Below are positions 1 to 11,458 of a DNA stretch of 64,000 bases, in pieces. The notes under the pieces are model-generated. The model was not told the DNA's origin, ran no database searches, and saw only the letters and a program-made list of their open reading frames with translations. The DNA comes from Eledone cirrhosa (lineage: Eukaryota), in contig OZ024742.1 of assembly GCA_964016885.1 (NCBI GenBank), forward strand, positions 62,000,001 to 62,064,000. Direction: 5' to 3'. The position numbers and the translations under genes are program-made. Position 1 is the first letter of the stretch, and every line of letters starts with the position of its first letter.

Positions 1-50
1 ACATATATACATACATATATACATATACATATACATATAGACATATACAT

Positions 51-83
<33 letters not shown>

Positions 84-256
84 TATATACATATATACAT
101 ATATATATATACATATACATATACATATATATATACATATATACATATATATATATACATATATACATATACATATATATATATACATATATATATATAC
201 ATATATATATATACATATATATATATACATATATATATATACATATATATATATAT
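1..256. repeat. (TA)n/(CA) compound microsatellite
   Basis: Direct reading. Confidence 0.98.
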
Positions 257-1470
257 GCTGTATTAGCGTTAAATTTTCCCTGCTGTATTAGCGATAAATT
301 TTCGAGGGTTTCTCTTAGTAGTTTTTTTCATGACGTTATTATTGTTAATTTTACTGATGTAGTATTAACTTATTAACTTGGATATTTACCATGCGGTATT
401 CTAATCCTATTGTATCTCTCTCAGTTATTTACCATGCGACCCTCAGTTCCTACCCCCCCCCCCTCTCTATGCACTTCTTTAAGGCTTACTACCCTGTCTT
501 TAACCTAATTCATTCAATCTGAAAATATTGAAGAGATAAGACACTTTCCCATTCTTCTCTGCTAAAATGTATCACTAGAGCTGCTGATTCCAATTTTCCC
601 AGCCAGCCATCCATCTAATCTACGAAGGTATTTTAGCCTACATATTGTCGTTAATATTATGATGTTCCCTGCTGTATTAGCGTTAAATTTTCCCTGCTGT
701 ATTAGCGATAAATTTTCGAGGGTTTCTCTTAGTAGTTTTTTTCATGACGTTATTATTGTTAATTTTACTGATGTAGTATTAACTTGGATATTTACCATGC
801 GACCCTCAGTTCCTACCTCCAATTTTCCCAGCCAGCCATCCATCTAATCTACGAAGGTATTTTAGCCTACATATTGTCGTTAATATTATGATGTTCCCTG
901 CTGTATTAGCGTTAAATTTTCCCTGCTGTATTAGCGATAAATTTTCGAGGGTTTCTCTTAGTAGTTTTTTTCATGACGTTATTATTGTTAATTTTACTGA
1001 TGTAGTATTAACTTATTAACTTGGATATTTACCATGCGGTATTCTAATCCTATTGTATCTCTCTCAGTTATTTACCATGCGACCCTCAGTTCCTACCCCC
1101 CCCCCCCTCTCTATGCACTTCTTTAAGGCTTACTACCCTGTCTTTAACCTAATTCATTCAATCTGAAAATATTGAAGAGATAAGACACTTTCCCATTCTT
1201 CTCTGCTAAAATGTATCACTAGAGCTGCTGATTCCAATTTTCCCAGCCAGCCATCCATCTAATCTACGAAGGTATATTAGCCTACATATTGTCGTTAATA
1301 TTATGATGTTCCCTGCTGTATTAGCGTTAAATTTTCCCTGCTGTATTAGCGATAAATTTTCGAGGGTTTCTCTTATTATTTTCTTTCATGACGTTATTAT
1401 TGTTAATTTTACTGATGTAGTATTAACTTGGATATTTACCATGCGACCCTCAGTTCCTACCTCACAATTT
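257..1470 (+). repeat. Higher-order tandem array: long (414) - short (229) - long (415) - partial short; period ~643 bp
   Basis: Units start with gctgtattagcgttaaa at 257, 671, 900 and 1315 and are near-identical. Confidence 0.95.
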
Positions 1471-1704
1471 CCCTCCCCCCCACCCCCACACACCACCATA
1501 GTCTATTCGACCAATCAAACCTAGCATGCCATTTCCACTGCTGCTGCTGCTACTACCTGCCTAACTAACTCTCTCCTCCTCTGGCGCATCCCAACACACC
1601 CTGCCATTACCCCACCACCACTGTCCTTCTAGCCCTCAATTTTCCCACCGTTATGGATGGATGAGCTGGGAATACACGAGCAACTCTGAATCAATAGATG
1701 AAAT

Positions 1705-4700
1705 ATGAATCTGCGAGCTACCAAGCACCCACGTGAAGCGCCAACCCAGAGACCCTCCCCTACGAGTGTCGACAAATGCCCAAAACTCCGAGTTGGTACC
1801 ATCAATGTAGGCTCAATGAAAGGAAGAGCAGGAGAAATCGTAGAAATGCTAGAGCGAAAGGAAGTTGATGTATGCTGTGTGCAAGAGACTAGATGGAGAG
1901 GAGGGTCTGCTAGAGTCCTTGTAGGAAAAAGCCAGTGCTACAAATTTTTCTGGGTGGGAAATGACGATGGGATGGGTGGTGTAGGTATACTATTAGCTGA
2001 CAAGTGGGTAGATAAAGTAATCTCAGTGTACAGGGTAAATGCAAGAATCATTAAACTCAGACTAGTCCTGAATAAGACAATTACCACAATAATATCAGCT
2101 TACGCACCCCAATCGGGGCTGCCAGACGAACTTAAGGATAGGTTTTACGAGTCCCTAATACACACTACTGCTCTAACAGACGACAAGGACTTCCTAATCA
2201 TTGCAGGAGATTTTAACGGACACGTAGGTAAACACTGCGACGGCTTCAATAGAGTACATGGAGGCCATGGAGTTGGCACAAGGAATGAGGAAGGATTCAG
2301 ACTTCTAGAATTCTGCGACGCCAATGACATGTCGATATGTAACACAAACTTTAAAAAACCCGACAACCACCTGATCACCTATAGATCAGGGGAGCACTCT
2401 AGTCAGTTAGATTTTATCCTCATCAGAGGACGTGACAGATGGACGGTCGTAAACACAAAAGCCTTCCCTAGTGAGGAATGTACATCCCAACATAGCTTAG
2501 TTGTCAGCGACCTCACGGTCAGAACTAGACGAGCCCTGAAACAGAGGCCAACCTGGAGAAGAAAGATCTGGAAGCTGAAAGTCCCCTCAACCAGTAACAG
2601 ATTTAAAGATATTTTACTCAACGCCTACGACAGTAAAGAAGAACAGATAGAGACATTTAACGTAGAAGAGAACTGGGAGTTCCTAAAAAATAACTTACTA
2701 GAGGCGACGGATGAGGTTTGTGGCTGGAGTAAGACCTCAAGCAGGAGGAGAGTGACTTGGTGGTGGAACAATAAGGTAGATGAAGCAGTCAAGGCCAAGA
2801 GACAGGCATGGAAAGAATGGAAGAACGGGGGGAGCAGGGTACATTACATAGAGACCAAGAGGGAAGCTAGGCGACAAGTATACTTAGCTAGGAGGGAAGC
2901 AGAGGATAGAAAATTCAAGCATGTTTTACAACGTGAGGACCAGAAACAGGAGGTATTCAAGATTGCGAGGCAGTGTGTCAGAGATAGTTGTGATGTCATT
3001 GGAGAGAAGTGTATCCGGAATGATAAAGGTGAGCTTGCCCTCACAAGTGCTGAGAAGAAAGATGCATGGAAGAGTCATTATGATAGATTACTAAATGAGG
3101 AGAATGCATGGGAAGAAGAGACCCTACCCCACGTAGACCCTATAGAGGGACCAGCAGTACAAGTCAGCGGCAGCGTAGTAAGTAAGGCAATCAGAGATAT
3201 GAAGATAGGGAAGGCAACCGGTCCATCGGGTATAGCTGCCGAGATGCTGAAGGCATCTGGGTCTGTAGGTCACACTATAACCACACGTATCGTTAACCAG
3301 GTAATACTAGAGGGGGCCATACCAAAAGATTGGTGCAGTAGCATCATTGTCAACTGCTACAAAGGTAAAGGCGATGCACTAGATAGAGGAAACTATAGAG
3401 GTATAAAGTTGATGGACCAGGTCATGAAAGTAACAGAAAGAGTTATAGCACAGCTGATTAGGGACCGGGTGAATATAGACGAGATGCAATTTGGGTTTGT
3501 ACCAGGGAAAGGCACCACTGATGCGCTCTTCCTTGTGAGGCAATTACAGGAAAAGTACCTAGCTAAAAGTAAGCCACTCTACTTGGCATTTGTCGACCTT
3601 GAGAAAGCCTTTGACAGAGTTCCACGTGCAGTAATCTGGTGGGCTCTTAGAAAACTAGGAGTAGATGAATGGCTTGTGAAAGCGGTACAAGCCATGTATA
3701 GGGGAGCAGTCAGCAAAGTTAGGATTGGCAATGAGTATAGCGAGGAATTTAGCGTACAGGTTGGGGTCCACCAGGGCTCTGTTCTTAGCCCTCTCCTGTT
3801 CATCATAGTCCTGCAGGCAATAACGGAGGAGTTTAAGACCGGATGCCCATGGGAACTCCTGTATGCTGATGACCTCGCACTCATAGCTGAATCTATGGTA
3901 GAACTAGAGAATAAATTCCAAACCTGGAAGCAGGGACTAGAGAGAAAGGGCCTCAAAGTCAACATGACAAAGACTAAGGTCCTTATAAGTAGACGAGAAA
4001 ACAGAACCCAGATCCCCTCAGGGAAATGGCCTTGCTCAGTATGTAGGAAAGGTGTAGGTAGGAACTCCATTCTTTGCCCCAAATGCAAACAATGGGTACA
4101 CAAGAGATGTAGCGGGATCTCAGGAAGCTTAATTAAGAATGTAGGATTCACATGCAGCAGCTGTGCTGAAACAGCAAGCAAACAGCCACAGGAAACCAAT
4201 CCAAGTACCACCAATCTCTGGGAGGGCCCTGTAGAAACAGTAGACAGCTTCTGCTACCTAGGTGACCGAATTAGCAACGGAGGTGGGTGCTCAGAAAGTA
4301 CAATAACTAGGGTAAGAACGGGATGGAAGAAGTTTAGGGAACTACTACCACTGCTAGCTGCAAAAGGCTTCTCCCTCAGAATGAAAGGCAGACTGTATGA
4401 TGCGTGTATCCGAACAGCGATGTTGCATGGTAGTGAGACCTGGGCGCTGAAGGTGGAAGACTTACGTAGATTAGAGAGAAACGAAGCCTGCATGCTCCGA
4501 TGGATGTGTAACAGTAATATACGTGAACGACAAAGCATAAATGAATTGAGAGAGAGACTGAGCATAAGAGGAATCAAATGCTGCGTGCAGGAGAGGCGGT
4601 TACGCTGGTATGGACATGTGATGCGTATGAAGGATGACAGCTGCATAAAAAGGTGCAGAGCACTAGAAGTTGATGGAAACCGCGGAGTGGGGAGACCCAA

Positions 4701-4830
4701 GATGACTTGGGATGAGGTGATAAAAGCCGACCTTACCCAACTACACCTCTCAAAGTCAATGACACACGACCGTGACTTCTGGCGTCACGCAGTAATACAG
4801 AGTACCCGACCTCCCATGGGTACATGCTGA
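1705..4830 (+). CDS. RTE LINE ORF: APE endonuclease + reverse transcriptase + PHD-type zinc finger (1041 aa)
   Basis: GTINVG, CCVQETRW, AGDFNGHVG, SQLDF, SQHSLV (APE); FVDLEKAFDRV, GVHQGSVLSP, LYADD (RT); CSVC-CPKC-H-C-CSSC; [16 protein letters not shown]. Confidence 0.97.
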   Translation: MNLRATKHPREAPTQRPSPTSVDKCPKLRVGTINVGSMKGRAGEIVEMLERKEVDVCCVQETRWRGGSARVLVGKSQCYKFFWVGNDDGMGGVGILLADKWVDKVISVYRVNARIIKLRLVLNKTITTIISAYAPQSGLPDELKDRFYESLIHTTALTDDKDFLIIAGDFNGHVGKHCDGFNRVHGGHGVGTRNEEGFRLLEFCDANDMSICNTNFKKPDNHLITYRSGEHSSQLDFILIRGRDRWTVVNTKAFPSEECTSQHSLVVSDLTVRTRRALKQRPTWRRKIWKLKVPSTSNRFKDILLNAYDSKEEQIETFNVEENWEFLKNNLLEATDEVCGWSKTSSRRRVTWWWNNKVDEAVKAKRQAWKEWKNGGSRVHYIETKREARRQVYLARREAEDRKFKHVLQREDQKQEVFKIARQCVRDSCDVIGEKCIRNDKGELALTSAEKKDAWKSHYDRLLNEENAWEEETLPHVDPIEGPAVQVSGSVVSKAIRDMKIGKATGPSGIAAEMLKASGSVGHTITTRIVNQVILEGAIPKDWCSSIIVNCYKGKGDALDRGNYRGIKLMDQVMKVTERVIAQLIRDRVNIDEMQFGFVPGKGTTDALFLVRQLQEKYLAKSKPLYLAFVDLEKAFDRVPRAVIWWALRKLGVDEWLVKAVQAMYRGAVSKVRIGNEYSEEFSVQVGVHQGSVLSPLLFIIVLQAITEEFKTGCPWELLYADDLALIAESMVELENKFQTWKQGLERKGLKVNMTKTKVLISRRENRTQIPSGKWPCSVCRKGVGRNSILCPKCKQWVHKRCSGISGSLIKNVGFTCSSCAETASKQPQETNPSTTNLWEGPVETVDSFCYLGDRISNGGGCSESTITRVRTGWKKFRELLPLLAAKGFSLRMKGRLYDACIRTAMLHGSETWALKVEDLRRLERNEACMLRWMCNSNIRERQSINELRERLSIRGIKCCVQERRLRWYGHVMRMKDDSCIKRCRALEVDGNRGVGRPKMTWDEVIKADLTQLHLSKSMTHDRDFWRHAVIQSTRPPMGTC

Positions 4831-5138
4831 AGCATATAAACAATATGCCCCCACACCCCCCACCGCAAGGTGGTCGTGGAGGTGCCACAGCAAAAAAGCA
4901 CCCAGCCCACACTGTAAAGTGGACGTGTAGGCGCCACGAAAAAGCACCCAGCACTCACTGTAAATGAGGTTGGTGTTAGGAAGGGCATCCAGCTGTAGAA
5001 ATCAAGCCAGATCAGTTCCTGTATGAGCAAGGCATGGTCAGCCGACCAGACACTGCCCACAACAGGACAACCCGTCTAACCCATGCTAGCGTGGAAGAAC
5101 GGACGTAAAACGGTGATGATGATGATGATGATGATGAT

Positions 5139-5204
5139 ATACATATATATATATACATATATATATATACATATATATATATACATATATATATATACAT
5201 AATA

Positions 5205-5236
<32 letters not shown>

Positions 5237-5585
5237 CATATACATATATACATATATACATATATATATATACATATATATATATACATATATACATATA
5301 CATATATACATATACATATATACATATACATATATATATATACATATATATATATACATATATATACATATATATATATATACATATATATACATATACA
5401 TATATATACATATATATATATACATATATACATATACATATATATATATACATATATACATATACATATATATATATACATATATATACATATATATATA
5501 TATACATATATATATATACATATATACATATACATATATACATATACATATATATATATATACATATATATATATACATATATAC

Positions 5586-5632
<47 letters not shown>

Positions 5633-5783
5633 CATACATATATATACATATATATATATACATATATATATACATATACATATATATATATACATATATA
5701 TATACATATACATATATACATATATATATACATATATATATACATATACATATACATATATATATATACATATATATACATAC

Positions 5784-5819
<36 letters not shown>

Positions 5820-5848
5820 ATACATATATATATACATATATATATATG
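5139..5848. repeat. (TA)n/(CA) compound microsatellite
   Basis: Direct reading. Confidence 0.98.
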
Positions 5849-5849
5849 T

Positions 5850-6089
5850 GAAGGCGTGTGGCTGAGTGGTTAGAGAATTGGATTCGCAATCGTAAGGTTG
5901 TGAGTTCGATTCCTGGACCAGGCGATGCGTTATGTCCTTGAGCAAGACACTTTATTTCACGTTGCTCCTTCTACCTGGAGTTGCAACCGATAGATAGTAT
6001 TAGCAATTGGAAAGACCAACGGAAACATTGTTCCCTCGGTCCGATTTGACGAAAGTCGATCGTTCCTTCTTAACACCAACCACATTTAC
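5850..6089 (+). mobile_element. tRNA-derived CORE-type SINE (distinct body; second copy at 42730-42883, minus)
   Basis: A box tggctgagtgg, B box gagttcgattcc, CORE-like ccttgagcaagacactt; body shared with the 42730 copy. Confidence 0.8.
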
Positions 6090-6090
6090 A

Positions 6091-6132
<42 letters not shown>

Positions 6133-6133
<1 letters not shown>

Positions 6134-6855
6134 GGCCTTTAACGTTTGTTATAGCTCTGGTTCATCTGAATCATTGAGCACTTGCCACACATCTCGGAGG
6201 TTGTTTTTCGTTATTTCGTGGGCCGAAATGCGATTCTTGATAATTTATGTTTGTATTAATCTCCAGACTCTAGCTATTGACCAGTTAATTTTCTTGATTT
6301 TTTAGTTGATTCTATTGACTGATGAATAGCTTATGTTAATTTTAAACCTTCTGTTGAGAACTCTATTCGATTTGTGATGTTTTTGCATTCTTGCAAAAAT
6401 ATACACAACTGAATTCATTCGCCTGATGTAGGGGTTGCCTCCCTTGCCGATCCCCACGTGGGGTCAGCAATAGTCAGTTCTTGTATTAACATGAACTAAA
6501 ACCTGTTGAGAAAGTGGCTTCCTTGTTCAATCATCTTACCAGAAGCCTAACATTATTTATGTAAGCAGACAGTACATGATTTAGGAGCCGCAGAAACCCA
6601 AATACTGGATTTTACCAACCTTCCAGGGGTCCAGGTAAATTTTCAATCACAGATATGCTTTATTTGTTTGATCCGAATTACTTGATCGTTTTTTTGGCTA
6701 TGCGAATGATTGTTTAACCATCATCTCAGTGTGTTTGGCCTTTAACGTTTGTTATAGCTCTGGTTCATCTAAATCATTGAGCACATGCCACACATCTCGG
6801 AGGTTGTTTTTTGTTATTTCATGGGCCGAAATGCGATTCTCGATAATTTATGTTT
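6133..6855. repeat. Unclassified element with ~120-bp terminal direct repeats (6133-6252 / 6737-6855)
   Basis: ggcctttaacgtttg...gataatttatgttt occurs twice, 604 bp apart, bounded by (TA)n. Confidence 0.8.
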
Positions 6856-7655
6856 TGCATATATATATATATATATACACATATCAATGGGCTTACACAC
6901 ATCCCCGGGGTTTTGTTATTTTATTTTGTGTTGAGTAACACACCTCCACCACTCAAACACTTATCTTAAGGGCCCGAGGGCCCATATGACGGGAAAACAC
7001 ACACACTGACACCTTAACTCAAATACCCAACCCATGGAGCCCCTTGTTGGCCTACATGGCGGGTGCTTGCACACACAGACTCGGGGACTCAGACTCTCAA
7101 CGGGACAACGGCACATACAGAGTTCGATACGAGCCGACTACTTGCTCTTCACATGGATGTGTATACACCAAAACATACACTATTTAGACGATACGGATGT
7201 TACAATTCAATCAATACACGTATAGCAGAACATTGAACGGAATTTACTTGCATGTGTATAGGGTTGTGGTTGACCCAATTTTTTTCTAATTTACATCGTG
7301 ATAATTGAGATTTGACCAATATAACGTTTATTGTTTTGTAACCTAACTTTCGGTACATACTGTGTTGGTCATCATCATCATCATTTTTTCTGACCTCACG
7401 TCGGTGTGTGTGAGTGTGGGTGTACTCACTAACACTAATTGTGTCTGACCAAAATTCTACAGATCTGATGCTGAGATTAGACCTGTCCAGTGTCTTACAG
7501 CTATTGAGAGATAGAGACTTGATAGATTTATGACCCTCACTGAAGACAATAGCAGTTGGCGTGTTTTGGCTGCTGATTATTCATGTGGGGGACAAAACTC
7601 TAGTGAGTGAACATCGTTAGTTTTTCCTCCCTCATATCAAGGATTTGAAGACATT

Positions 7656-7745
7656 TCATTATTCACCTGATGAGATCAGTGATAATCGATCATGACCACA
7701 CGATCGATCTATCCCTTATTGAAACATATGTCGTGATTAAAATGA
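7656..7745 (+). ncRNA. Type I hammerhead ribozyme fold (minimal palindromic stem III, long stem II)
   Basis: tcac-CTGATGA(7667)-~21-bp imperfect stem II-GAAA(7721)-CATATG-TC-gtga. Confidence 0.7.
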
Positions 7746-7945
7746 TTGGAAATTTATACCATGCATTCGGATCTTTATTTTGATACAAATACTCCGTTTT
7801 ACATCATCTAGCTGTTCCCTTAAATGAAATTGAAGATATACAAAAGCGTGGAGAACTTAATATTGCTAACAAAAGTTTATTGTACCGTATGACACAACCA
7901 ATAATACACCTTACTATATAACATATATATATATATATATATATA

Positions 7946-8016
<71 letters not shown>

Positions 8017-8127
8017 CTTTGTATGTGTGTACTTGTATGTGTATGTATGCATGTGTATGTACATTTATGTATATGTGTATATGTATGTATTGTGGATATA
8101 TATATGTAAGTGTATGTGTGTATGTGC

Positions 8128-8161
<34 letters not shown>

Positions 8162-8163
<2 letters not shown>

Positions 8164-8393
8164 GGAGGATGACCGATGGGTGAAGAAGTGCCAGGAAATG
8201 CCAGTTGAAGGAAGACGTGGTAGAGGTAGACCACGAAAAACATGGGCGGAGGTGGTGAGAACAGACCTCAGATCATTGAAGCTCACGGTGGAGATGACGA
8301 AGGACCGTGACGAGTGGAGAGATGCTGTGCTGAATAAGACCCGTCCCACCCTTGCAAGCAGGGAAAAGCGGACGTAAAATGATGATGATGATA
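8162..8393 (+). mobile_element. RTE subfamily C, 3' fragment
   Basis: [10 protein letters not shown]...GRPRKTW...[12 protein letters not shown], then (GAT)n. Confidence 0.9.
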
Positions 8394-8497
8394 TGTGTGA
8401 GTATATAATTATATGTATATGCCTGTATATATGTATATATAGTTTAATATATGAAAAACAGAGATGCAGCACAAATGATTTGGTTTTTGGCTTCACG

Positions 8498-8579
<82 letters not shown>

Positions 8580-8671
8580 GTGTGTCTATATATGTAGGTA
8601 TATGTACATATGTGTATGTGTATATGCATGTATGTACGTGTGTATATATGTATGTATAGGTATATGTACAA

Positions 8672-8703
<32 letters not shown>

Positions 8704-8811
8704 AAATATTTGCTCTAGGGTTCTTATATATTTGATATATATTTATCCTTATCGAGCCTTCTTTGGATGTCATTATTATTACTATATATAAATATATATA
8801 TATATACAAAT

Positions 8812-9968
8812 ATCATCATCATCATCATCATCGTTTAACGTCCGTGTTCCATGCTTGCATGGGTTTGGACGGGAGTTTTCCCACTTGAGGCAAGAGTGGT
8901 TGTCTTGCTCGCATAGGATTGTCTGGCGGGTTTTCTACAGTTGGATGCCCTTCCTAACACCAACCACATTTACAGTGTGGGGCTGGGAGGTTTTTACCGT
9001 GTTGCCTACACGGCCACATGACAGCGTGGACTGTCTGGCAGGTTTTCTACAGCTGGATGCCCTTCCTAACACCAACCACATTTACAGTGTGGGACTGGGA
9101 CGTTTTTACCGTGTTGCCTACACGGTCACATTACAGCGTGGACTGTGTGTTTTTTTTTTTCGTGACACCTACACGATCTCATTTGTTTCGGCCTGGATTT
9201 TGTGGCACCAACATAACTTTACATTGAAAGGGGCGGTGTGGATGGGGTGGGGGTGGTGGGATGCGGGTGTATTTTGTTAGAGATGCCTACTGACTGTAGT
9301 AGGTTTTACTTTATATTTAGGTAACGCGGGTCTTCTCTGTTACTGAGTACCGCCAAAGGTCTCGGTCCAGTGACATTGTCTTGGAGGTGTAAGTGTGTGA
9401 GGTCGGAATTTATCAGCTCGTCCCAGGTTTTTCTGGGTCTGCCTACTCCGTGGCTACCATCTATCTTTATTGCCCTGCACTTTGTTATACAGCTGTCGTC
9501 TTTCATGCGCATCACGTGACCATACCAACGTAGCCTTCTCTCGAGTAAACAACATCTGATCCCTCTTATTTCTAATTTTTTCCTTAGTTCGTTTATGCTT
9601 TGCCGTTCACGTATATTACTATTACACATCCAGCGGAGCATGCAAGCTTCGTTCCTCTCTAGTTTGCGTATATCCTCTGCACACAATGCCCAGGTCTCAC
9701 TGCCATGCAACATTGCTGTTCGTATGCAGGCATCATACAACCTGCCTTTCACTTTTAGGGAGAACCCTTTAGCGGCTAATAGTGGTATAAGCTCTCTGAA
9801 CTTTTTCCATCCAGTTCTGACTCTAGCTACTGTACTTTCGGAGCACCCTCCCCCACTGCTGATTTTGTCACCCAGGTAACGGAAGCTGTCCACTATCTCT
9901 ATAGAACCCTCTGCGCAGTTGAAAGAGCTAGTATTTTGTGGGCACTTGCAGCTACTTATTGCACCAGT
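8812..9968 (-). mobile_element. RTE subfamily B, 5'-truncated
   Basis: ORF 9306-9986 homologous to the intact ORF C-terminus; 3'UTR units and (GAT)n tail. Confidence 0.92.
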
Positions 9969-10289
9969 ATATATATATATATACACAGTTCAAGAGTAAC
10001 CAATCTTAAAGAGAGAGATAGGAGAGGAGAAGAGAGATTGGTGAATTAATTAGAAGCCAAAAGCGTAATGTTCTCTACGAACCCCCTAAGAGAACATTAG
10101 TCTACGACTACTTTTATACCATAAACGTGGTTCTGTCTTTGTGTGTAATTGTTTTTCACCGCTCCTATTAATGACGTATTATATTCGTTTTTTCCCGTTC
10201 TTTGCCAGGGAACGTTTCCACGAACCAAAGTATCGTCTTCCTGTATTCCTCCGGTTGCAACGGTTTTTGAAATATCCACTTCTGCATTT

Positions 10290-10365
10290 ACAGATTGACT
10301 TTGTTAGTTTCAGAAGATCCCGTTAAGGGTGAAAGCAGCGATTCTTTGCTTAAACTTTAATCTGT
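10290..10365 (+). ncRNA. Type I hammerhead-like fold (core variant CAGAAGA) in an unclassified, possibly Penelope-like terminal repeat
   Basis: agttt-CAGAAGA-t ccc gttaa ggg t-GAAA-gcag/ttgc-TT-aaact; outer helix acagattga/ttaatctgt; homologue at 61459-61511 has canonical CTGAAGA. Confidence 0.55.
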
Positions 10366-10458
10366 CTACGGTTCTTATATATTTGATATATATTTATCTT
10401 TATCGAGCCCTCTTTGGATTTTAGTCTTCACATTTATTATTATTACTATATATATATA

Positions 10459-10647
10459 GGGCGGTGGATTGGCAGTATCAGTAGAGGGTCGGACACCATG
10501 CTTTCCAGCATAGTTACGTCTCTTTATGATCTGAGTTCAAATCCCGCCGAGGTTGACTTTGCCTTTCATCCTTACGGGGTCGATAAAATAAAGTACCAGT
10601 AATGCACTGGGTAATTGCTGGCCTTGTGCCTAAAGTAGAAACAATTA
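10459..10647 (+). mobile_element. MetaSINE-like tRNA-derived SINE (other copies 39888-40047 minus, 53738-53922 minus, 57140-57322 plus)
   Basis: B box gagttcaaatcc followed by gcctttcatcc..ggggtcgataaaataaagtaccag, recognised as the Meta domain. Confidence 0.8.
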
Positions 10648-10669
10648 CTATATATATATAAATATATAA

Positions 10670-10715
<46 letters not shown>

Positions 10716-10716
<1 letters not shown>

Positions 10717-11458
10717 CTTTGCTGACCTGGAAGTAATAGTGGACAACAACATAAGCTGGGCCACTTAATATAAACACCAAAGTTGACATGGCCCGCAGAA
10801 TGTGTTCCCGGATTCTCAGAACTTTCCAGTCGAGAGATATCCACACTGTTATCCTTCTCTTCTCCACCTTTGCCCGACCCCACCTTAGATACTGTTGTCC
10901 ACTGTGGTCTCCCCACACGAAACAAAGTATCATGAAAGTTGAAGCACCCCAAAGATCAATTACAAAAAAGATAGATGGCATGACAGGCCTTGACTATTGG
11001 AGTCGATTAGAAAAACTCAACCTTTATTCTCGCCAACGTCGCTGTGAGCGCTACATTATCTGCATGATGTGGAAAATATTCCATCAGCTTTGCACAAATG
11101 TTGGCATCACTCAAGGCTTGGGCCCCATGCTATCCGTCCACAACAAAAATTTCACTACATCTCATAACAATACGGCACAATTATTTCACCTCAATTGGCC
11201 CCGCTCACTTTAACATTACACCAAAACACATTAAAACAGAAACAGACCACATCAAGTTCAAGAAGTCTTTGGACAAATTCCTTCAAGAAATCCCGGATAA
11301 GCCTCCTACACCCAGATATGCCTCCATAAACAATAACTCTCTACTTGAGTGGGCCATGGTGTCCAAATCCTCATTTGAAAGACTTCGCCAGGTGGTGCTA
11401 TTAAGTTAGACATGGCCTGGGCCAATACTGGCCGAAAGTTATCAAAGTTAAAGTTATA
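10716..11458 (+). mobile_element. CR1-group LINE 3' remnant
   Basis: ARPHLRYCCPLWSPH, YWSRLEKLNLYS.QRRCERY; frameshifted. Confidence 0.75.

Larger units (their letters stand above)
257..5138 (+). mobile_element. Apparently full-length RTE-clade LINE (subfamily A), antisense in a LIG3 intron
   Basis: Intact ORF, ~280-nt 3'UTR, (GAT)n tail 5115-5138; flanked on both sides by the same TA/CA microsatellite; the 5' limit at 257 is inferred. Confidence 0.85.

Noticed and set aside
257-1470. Tandem array as a retrozyme; ORFs 659-847 and 1303-1524
   Set aside because: Units have CTGATGT rather than CTGANGA and no matching GAAA/stem arrangement; the ORFs are short and without recognisable homology
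5850-5925. tRNA genes at SINE heads (also 40433, 10459)
   Set aside because: A/B boxes run into CORE/Meta bodies and LINE tails; no complete cloverleaf
10097-10279. 60-aa minus ORF as the next LIG3 exon
   Set aside because: No similarity to the expected OB-fold sequence; lies in a repeat-like segment
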